Shown: in pieces, positions 55,534 to 64,000 of the stretch
Layout of the letters: each line of letters opens with the position of its first letter
Position numbering within the stretch: the stretch's first letter is position 1
DNA from: Eremomyces bilateralis CBS 781.70
Lineage: Eukaryota
Length of the DNA stretch: 64,000 bases
NCBI GenBank assembly: GCA_010015585.1
Contig: ML975150.1
Strand: one strand, 5' to 3'
Program-made: the position numbers and the translations under genes
Notes under the pieces: model-generated
Seen by the model: only the letters and a program-made list of their open reading frames with translations
Database searches by the model: none
Told to the model about the DNA's origin: nothing

Positions 55534-57343
55534 CCTCCTCTTGAACGACAAGCCGCGTAGCGTCGAGTCGCATCTCTCCATACGACTCCGTCCATTCCCG
55601 CTCCACCGTCTCCTCTTCTTCACCAGTAAGTCATGGTATATCTCCATATTCCTCAGTGCCTCCGCATTCTTGCGCGCATTTTGTCCGGGCAAGTCGTACG
55701 CGTGGACTCGTGGAGTGGTTCGGGTTTCCAGGCTTCCAGGCTTCCAGCACTTTGTGACTCGCGAGATCGGTCTCTTCCGCCTCTGTCCAGCAGCTTCGAC
55801 AGCTCCCGACCGAATGGATATACGTGGAATAATAGCGAATGTCCGAAAAGATAGCGGTAGAATCAAAATCCAGAAGGCTGCAGAAGCAAAACCCTCAAAT
55901 TTCGTGGTGTCGTCGTGGTTGGGAAAAGCTATGGCGTTGAAGGTTTTCGTGGTAGTTTCCCGTCGCAGATGCGCCGTCTGAGCCGCAGCGGTTCAAAGCG
56001 CCGTTGGGCTGACGTCGGGACCTTACTCCTTGTCTTAATAAGCTCCTAATAATTGGGTGGCTTGGGATGGGCGTCGGAGCTGCATAGGCTACAGCAACCG
56101 CAACCGCACGACAAATCGATACGCGGGCGCAATAATAATTGGAGTGGTTAGACCGTGAGTGACACCGGTGTGCTGACAGCACGACGATGCTGGGCGTTTC
56201 AGGTCACGTTGAAAACCAGATATTGGGAACGGAGGGAATGAATTCGAGTATTCGATATTCAACGTCTCTGCTGTACCCAATCGCGAAAGCATCCACTCCC
56301 CGGTTGAAGCAGAAAACACAAATTGGACAGCAGAGAGGCGACGGATCCGGATCGGATATGGATCAGACAATCGTGGGATCTTGACGGCATCCGATGACCG
56401 CATCTGGGAGGTCGGGAACGGCGTTGTAGATCAGTGAGGCTGGCTTGGGCGAATTGGGTGCCTCTCGTGGATCAATTAAAAGACGATCTTTAATAATGCT
56501 CGATCTAATTTGCTTGCGATGGCCGAAGTCCTCTATCACCGTCAAGGATGCTTGGGTGAGGGGAGGGAGCAAATATCGACACCTCTCCGTCAAAGTCACC
56601 ATGTTCTAGCTGAAAGGTGAAGTCTCACATCGGGTCTTCGAAATATCGAGTTCTATGTGACACCGATTCCCCGGTTGTGCTACAGAACTTCGAGCGTACA
56701 TGTTGTGTATCCCAAGGCCTTTCGTGTCATCGCATCATGGCCCTCCAGCTCATCGGACGCGTGGAGCGTTGCCAGACTGGCAGGAGTCGATATCCTCCAT
56801 GAAAGCAAAAACATGTCGTGAACAGTTGAGCACTCCCTGGTTTCGTAATTTACTTGAAAAAGAACCCTTGGGGTGGCTGTGAAGATCGCCGGTGATGCTA
56901 TTTTTGACAATGCCTTGCTTTCGTCCATCGAAGGGCTATTGGCCCACTACTCCCTTGTGCATCCGATTGGGTTCCAGACAAATACGGTATAAGCTTATAG
57001 CATGCGGATCTCAGTGCCCAGTTATGAGGAACCTTTGCCATTAAGGTGATTTTGATCAATGAAACGCATTGGTACGTATCGTATCCAATGTCTCTGGAAC
57101 CTGAATGGACTCTAGGGCAGGAGGTGAATGATCAAGCTGGTTTCAATCTTGCAAAGGGTACGCGGTTCGCGAGGGAAACAACCACGCAGCTTTTAACAGA
57201 CAATAGTCTCTATTCATCCCACCACCACACTAGATTCGAGGTAATTCTACATGAGACACAGGGTGCATGCATCCATCTCCCGCAGGCAAAAGGAAACGGG
57301 TTCTATACAAATTTTCTAGGGACCCAAACATCCCTCGACGTTT

Positions 57344-58525
57344 CTATGTCCACCGGTAATCGGGCTTGACAAAGTCTGCAAAGGTCTTGGGATCCTCAGC
57401 AACGGCGTGGTGGTGGTCGTCATGGCCGTCTATTATCGACTGTCAGCGTTCTGGATGATGGACAAAGGGTTGGGCTCGTGACTTACGCTCATCATGGTGG
57501 GCATGCTCGTCTTCCGTGGGTCCGAGATAGTTCATCTTGTAGACGCTCCCGCATTCGGGGCAGCGCTCGATCGGGCGTTCGCGGGAGATCTATCCAAGTT
57601 AGTTCCCGTGACTTTATGTTGACTATGGAAGAAGGCATCACTTACGACGAGCCACTTCACACCGTGAGAGTCAACAGGGAACCCAGTGCACCCAGCATAC
57701 TGCTCGTCGCCGAACGAGTTGACGGTGATCGGGTCCTCCATCGTGCCTGTAAAGATTTGCGTTAGAAAGCTGCGTTTATATTATAGCATGGTCTGGCGAT
57801 TTTCAATCCACATTGATAATTGATAATGCTCAACCTTGGAAGCACACCAATGTCTTGAAAACGGATGCACTTACCCAGTCGGCTTGCGTCCAACGGCGTC
57901 ATATCGAAGATATCCACGCCCTCCATCTTTCCAAGAACCTCCAATCGCTCCAGACCGGTGGACTGTTCGATATCGGTGGGGAACTTGCCAGCCTCAACGC
58001 CAGGTCCGTAGAGATCATGCTCGCTTCGGATTTCTATACACGGAGTGAGTTAGAGCTTGTTCTGATAGGAATCGTTTGCGAGTCTCGTGGGAGGCATCGA
58101 AGACTGTGGAGCAATGCCTACCTTCGAACTTCTTGTAGGTTTTGGCTGGCTTGCCGGCCTCCGCGTCACCTATTGAACGATTGGTCGTCAGCAACAGTCA
58201 TGATAGTCTTCGCGCTTGTAGCCCTTCCACGCTTCCATCAAGCCCCCAACACCATCCTTTGCTCGTCCAAACCCTTCCGCAACTTCCTCGGCATCACATT
58301 TGACTCGTGAAGGCTTCAATGGCCATCCTCCCTCTTATCCCCCACCTCGTCTTGTTTCCATGGGCATCCTCAACCCGTATATGACCAATAAAACCATCGC
58401 TACTCACATCTGGCGGCCACCTGGCTGAACTGGCGTCCGGAAACGACAGCAACAGCCTTCGTGCTCCTCGCGGCCATTGCGGCCCGGGGTGCCGAGCATA
58501 CCGCGCGTCGGATGAGGGATTGCAT
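57344..58525 (-). CDS. COX4: Cytochrome c oxidase subunit IV (yeast Cox4 / mammalian Vb)
   Basis: Six exons assembled: MQSLIRRAV..; PTDIEQSTGLERLEVLGKMEGVDIFDM; AGCTGFPVDSH..WL; ERCPECGSVYKM; His-rich tail; KTFADFVKPDYRWT*. Confidence 0.93.
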
Positions 58526-60026
58526 CGTGGATATCGAACTGAAGTCGATGGAGGAGCGGAGATTCCGAATTGGTGGTGATGGGTTGCTGGCAGAAGGTGA
58601 GCCTGGAACAATGTGAGGTGAGCTGGACTAATTGATTGAGGTCGGGAGAGCCAGGCGCAGAGCTCGGTTGCTGCGCCAAGAGATCGGGTTCTGTTGGTGG
58701 TGTGACGCTGTGACAGACTTGATCTTGATGCCTTATTGATGCCTCAGCCTCACCCTCACGCCTTATCTGATCGCACGTCACGTTATTCAGATTCCACATT
58801 CTAATTCTAATTGTGTTGTATCACTGTCACTTTCGTCAACTCGGGTTCGAATTTTGATTCCTTCCATTCAACATGAAGCATCTAAACCCGGGTGTATTCG
58901 ACCCTGTGGTTGTGAAAAAGGACGAAATATGCTGCAAGGACACAATCTCTATATCATCTTGATACCACTCCGCAGTCCTCCTTTTGAGCTCCTCTTTGGA
59001 CTTCGGCGGATCGGCCTTCCACCACTCCATCCAGGCATTAACAAGCCGAAGAGCGTTCAAAAGGCGATTCGGCTGCTCTGAACGTCGGAGCATCGCGTTA
59101 TTAGTTATACGCTGCCATGTCACCGAGGCTATAATGGCACCGTGCAATGAATGCTTCAATGGCGGAGGCTAATTGCTCTCGCCCGCCGAAACCCAGAAAT
59201 TGAATTCGCGTAGACGCGGTGGGGTTTTGAAAAGTATTAGACTCTGCGACTTCCTGAAGGGAAGCAAAAGTAACAAGCGCAGTCCGATACCTTTTAAGGG
59301 TGGTCGGCTTCCACCCGATACAGAAATAAACGATATAGCACTCGATTGTCTCTTGTATCATTGATGGGATACTGCCCGTAGGGTCCGTTTGAAACCTGTC
59401 GGTTCGAAATATCGTCTCAATGTATCTCGCTGAATCATCGTACTCATTCGACGACAGCATACAAATGGCTGTGATAGGATCGGCCATGCTGAAGATACCT
59501 AGAGCGAGCTAGGTACGGAGTGCCAAAACACCAGCACTCCTAGACTCGTGTGAGCACCTTCTGTGCCGCGACATGAGAGAAAGAAATAGAGAAGAGGAGA
59601 AATAGTCGTCCTCGCTCGACAGAGGTATCCCACCAACAAGGCTGGGCTGAGATGCCGTTTCTAGTACAGCCTCATGAACCCGAGGAGGCTCTCCCATAGC
59701 CCAAAAGCGAGGTTGCTACGCCATGGGCTCAAATCAGTGCTCGCCAGTTGGTCCATTTGATAGTTAGCGGCAACAGCTTTTCACTAACATTGTTCGCTTA
59801 CCAGGTATTATCGAGGAGAAATAACAGAAGAAAAACGGAGCAAACTGGTAAGGGTACTTCAAGCAAGGGAAGCTTGGTTTGACTTGGGCATGAAGCAACA
59901 GGTAATTAGCTGTGGTCTTTGAAGCGTTGGCGCACCGAAATGATATGTACTGGTATCCAATATGATATTTAGTCAACAATAAAAGCATCGAACGTTGTTG
60001 CACGATATCGAGTACTTCGCCCTCCG

Positions 60027-61265
60027 CTACTTCGAACAAGCGTCCCGCTGCAACGCCGCATAGGTCCCCTTCGCCGATGCCTCCCGAAGCGAGCCATCCC
60101 CAGACAAGGCGCCCCCAAGATTCTGAATCATACCCACCACGACTACATCATCCGTCGGATCGATCCAGAACCACGTGCCGAACGCCCCGCCCCAGTAGAA
60201 GCTGCCCTCCGGCATGCTTTGCTTGGACGCCGGCCCATCCAAGATGATGGCAAAGTCCAGGCCGAATCCCGTGCCCGGGCTGCGCGCGGCGCCCACGCCG
60301 CCGTTTACGATCGCTACGCCCTCGGCCAAGACGTTGGTGTGCATCAGCTTGACGGTGCTCGTGTTGAGGTAGCGCGTGCCCTCGAACTCGCCGCCGTTGA
60401 GCACCATTTGGCTGAAGCGCCAGTAGTCTTCGGCCGTGGAGTAGAGGCCGCCGGAAGGGGAGAGACGCGTGGGTTTGGATGTCGCTATTCCGGAGCCGAA
60501 CGGGGAAGAGATGGTTGTGACGCGGCCGCCGATCGCGGAGTGGAGCGCGGAAACGCGGTTAATCTTGCATGGATCGACCCAGAAGCCGGTGTCCTTTAAG
60601 CCGAGGGGTCGGAATAGGCGTTCCTCCATGAAGTCGGACAGGTCCTTGCCCGCCCATTTCTCGATCAAGTAACCTTGGATTTCAACGCCCGGCCCATATC
60701 GCCAATCCGTTCCTGGCTGGAACGCTAGTTGGCCCGCTACTAGCGGAGGGATGATCGTTTGCAGCGTTGAACTGTTGACCGTAAGCTGGGCAGGAAACCC
60801 GGCTGAGTGGCTCATTAGCTGAGCCATAGTCATCGGGGTCTTCTGCGGCACCAGGGAACCATTCGCCTCCCGGACCTGAAGGTCTGCAAATTCGGGGATG
60901 TGCTTCGAGACTGGATCATCCAACTTCCATTTCCCTTCCTCATAGAACATCATCATTGACACACCGACGACGGGCTTAGTCATTGACATGATGGAGAAAA
61001 TCGAGTCCTTCTCTACCGGAGTTTTCGTGGCTGCGGAGGCATTCAACACCCCGTAGGCATCATGGCTCACAATCTCGCCGTGACGAGCAACCAGAGTGAC
61101 AACGCCGGCGCCTTTACCATCGTCCACCCACTGGTGCATCGCGGCATTCAGGGCTGCGATCCCCTCCTTAGTGAAGCCCTGAATAGTAGCATTTCCCGCC
61201 TGCAGTTGGGATGAAACTAAGGTGAGGGAGGAAAGGAGGGTTACGAGGTGTTTGAGATAACCCAT
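60027..61265 (-). CDS. Secreted serine hydrolase, beta-lactamase / family VIII esterase-like
   Basis: Signal peptide; SxxK motif SMTK; LDDPVSKHIPEF; LMSHSAG; FQPGTDWRYG; GGLYSTAEDY; WGGAFGTWFWIDP; intronless. Confidence 0.92.
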   Translation of the reverse strand: MGYLKHLVTLLSSLTLVSSQLQAGNATIQGFTKEGIAALNAAMHQWVDDGKGAGVVTLVARHGEIVSHDAYGVLNASAATKTPVEKDSIFSIMSMTKPVVGVSMMMFYEEGKWKLDDPVSKHIPEFADLQVREANGSLVPQKTPMTMAQLMSHSAGFPAQLTVNSSTLQTIIPPLVAGQLAFQPGTDWRYGPGVEIQGYLIEKWAGKDLSDFMEERLFRPLGLKDTGFWVDPCKINRVSALHSAIGGRVTTISSPFGSGIATSKPTRLSPSGGLYSTAEDYWRFSQMVLNGGEFEGTRYLNTSTVKLMHTNVLAEGVAIVNGGVGAARSPGTGFGLDFAIILDGPASKQSMPEGSFYWGGAFGTWFWIDPTDDVVVVGMIQNLGGALSGDGSLREASAKGTYAALQRDACSK

Positions 61266-63852
61266 GATGGTACCACCTCGTTCTATTAATTAATAAGTCT
61301 CTACTTGGAAACCTAGAAAGAGCGACTTGAGGGGCAAACGAATGACAAAGAAGAGAAAATGAGACGACCTGTTGAAGAAGGATCGGATAAAAACGAGACA
61401 TGGCGGCAGGAATGAAGTACTTAACGTGTGTAAAAGAACGGGTAACTATAGAGATACAACACTTTAGAGTAAATGGAGGCGAGATTTGACAACGAACGAG
61501 CGAATATAGAAATAGGTCGATCGATTGGATTTTCGGTCGACTTGTACTATACATGAAGCATAATTCATCTGGATTCGTAGTACTATATTCGACTCGGGTG
61601 GTTAGCGAATCGGACTGATGCCAAGGACGTGCCAACAAGCAAAGCCGTAATATCTTGGTCTGCTTCCATACATCGGATATTTCGGATATAGGGATCGGAC
61701 CATTCTACTTTACTTCCTGGCAATGTGCAAATAAATCAAGAGCACAATACCTTCTGCTAGATATCACGCCGATTAGCTCCTCCACCGCTATTCGACCATT
61801 TTGAAGCTAGACGCTCACACCGCGATGGATGCCAGACACGTGCTCGGTTCAACGAGGACTAGACACAGAAACGAAGGGACAAGGCCGGCAATCTCAGGAG
61901 TCTGTGAATGGAAGCTTACCGACTCGGTAGACACAAGTGCTTCTAAGCGCCGTGATGCAGACCTCATCTTGGTTGACATCTCCATCTCCCATTCGCTCTC
62001 CTTGGTCGGTTGAGGAGTGGGCTTTTGATTGTTAGTATGTATTTCCGCTGTAGGTAACAACCGGGCAGAAGGGAGAACGTCCCAATAACGATCTATACCT
62101 TGAATAACACATATCGTGATACTAGAAGGTTGAAACAATCCACCCTTCTGGTCGAAGCGACGTCTCGAATGTTTCGCAACAGGACGGGCGCTCCACCTCA
62201 GGCTCCTCAGCATCGGGTTAGCGGCATATCACCTGAAACGCCGCCAGCCGAGTTAGGGTCCAGCCATTCAGCGCCCGGTGCTCGGTTCCATCCAGAACAT
62301 TGACGATTTGAGGCGCTGATGGCTGATTTCTTGCTGGTTTGTTTCCGATTTCTTGCCGATTCCTGATTGCTGACATGGAGGCTGGGATAATGGGACATTA
62401 AAGTTTAGTTCTTACCTGGAGGTTGTGCTTGTTTACTGAGACGATGACGGGCGATCCATCCGGTTTGCATCATCATCTCGTGTTCGCTTGAACAGCCTGA
62501 TTTGATGCTGCGATACGTTATTCGGGTAGATTCGCCATCTACTATCTAGGCATCCATCTGGAAAACTGCAAATCTGGGGATCCACAGCAGCTAGAGTGGC
62601 ACGGAACGGGATTACGGCAAAACTGGCGGATCTGAAACAGACAGCACGTTTTGGCGACTCTGTTGGTGGGAATGGATGGAGATCCTGTGGTGACCGGCGA
62701 CGGTTGACTGGTCCATTGACTGGTCAGTGGTCACAATTGTATTTAGACCCGTTCTCCAGTTCTCCTCTCGTCTGTGTGCTAAGAATAGCCGGCGTCACCG
62801 ATTTCCTGCTCATCCAAACACTGAACCGGCGACAAATGATGCCATGAAACTTTCCATTCCTGAGATACGTCGGAGTGATCTGTAGCATTTTTTTCCGTGG
62901 CAAAGCATCATCTCTTCCCACCGACCAGCACTCCCGGTCTCCTTCTAGCCCTAGGAAGCTTCTGTTGACCATTGGGGCCGATTCCTTTTGGCCTGTTATT
63001 GTCTATTGACATTGCGCCGCTCCCTCCACACAAACAAATCCGGACGGTGTTCGGCTTGCTCACTTCCTCAATCACTCTTCTCCATAGCACATGCTGGCCC
63101 TCACATATATGGGATTAATTCTCGTTGACACTCTCTTCGTTTGCGAACACCTCCTTCTATCACCCTCACGACGCCACGACCGCATTGCCGCCATCAACCA
63201 TCCCTCACAACAATCGCTCCTAACCCAGCGTCATCACTGCGACACCACCGGTTGTAGCAGCAGAAACCTGCCAGCACAGCGCTACCTCTCTCTGCATCTT
63301 CTGAGGATACCCGTCACGAAAATCAACGAGCTTCGGTATATGCGGCGCAACCATTCCGCTGCCGTCCGCATTTCGTATTACCGCCTAGTCTTGAAGCCGA
63401 CGCATCTCGCTTCTAAGCACGGAGCCTCGCAGCCTGGACTGCATATTATTGTTTCAAACAAGCGACCGTGAGGCAAGAACGTAATCCAAACGTTGGATTT
63501 AGGCCCATTGTGGATTGGCGCTGCGCTTTATATACTTCGAGTGATACGGCCGCGATCGCTCACGACTCACGACTTGGCTGGGACAGGCCTGCCGACCTCT
63601 AAATATTGCCTTCTGGAGAGACGCAAATCGTGTACCTCAAACTTGGCCGACCATCGAAGCGGACATTTTACTCGGAACGTTGCGACAGCCTACATCTCAC
63701 CCGTGTTTCAGAAGGAGCTATCGCACAACCATCCACGTTGACCGTCTCCGCGCGTGTGTCTGTCACGGTCTCTCATGTTGGATAAGAGCTGGAGTGGGCG
63801 AGGGTATATTGGACTCGATTACGTGAACATTGATCTCTCCGTTCCTTGGATC

Positions 63853-64000
63853 ATGGCGGAAGTGTTGAAACCACGAACCTCCCATTCCGGGCCGGGAACG
63901 ACGACCGAAGATATCCCAATACCATCAAAGACCACCAGCTCAGAAAATGCGGCGGCCAAATCAAGCTTGAAGCCGTCAATGAGCACGACGAACCTCCCTC
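63853..64000 (+). CDS. 5' start of an unidentified protein running off the window
   Basis: atcATGGCG context; open frame MAEVLKPRTSHSGPGTTTEDIPIPSK.. to the edge. Confidence 0.45.
   Translation, partial: MAEVLKPRTSHSGPGTTTEDIPIPSKTTSSENAAAKSSLKPSMSTTNLP

Noticed and set aside
8891..58525. Cluster of mitochondrial genes (ZIM17, GHITM-like, SDH1, NDUFAF3, COX4)
   Set aside because: They are dispersed among unrelated genes over 50 kb, which is compatible with chance.

Overview
Eukaryotic DNA from a filamentous ascomycete (Pezizomycotina-like), judged from short GT-AG introns with CTRAC/CTAAT branch sites. About 5.7-64 kb is mostly ordinary core chromosome: cullin-3, Zim17/Hep1, Utp20, a secreted His-rich protein, a GHITM/Bax-inhibitor protein, a cNMP-F-box-LRR protein, an Sdh1-like flavoprotein, two large hypothetical proteins, NDUFAF3, nicotinamidase, a Zn2Cys6 transcription factor, a TRP/Flc-like channel, Cox4 and a bacterial-looking beta-lactamase-family hydrolase. 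The first ~5 kb looks accessory. It holds a truncated DUF3435-like tyrosine recombinase (Starship captain type) with two RIP-type stop codons. Downstream of that is a NACHT NLR gene whose probable first exon, missed by the ORF track, encodes only a ~34-aa N-terminus resembling a HET-s-type amyloid signalling motif. Also notable are PHM-like copper motifs in the secreted protein, a lesion in the Sdh1 active-site segment that may be an assembly artefact, and recurrent C-rich to G-rich skew switches near gene 3' ends. All family assignments come from motif recognition by eye; no database searches were run.
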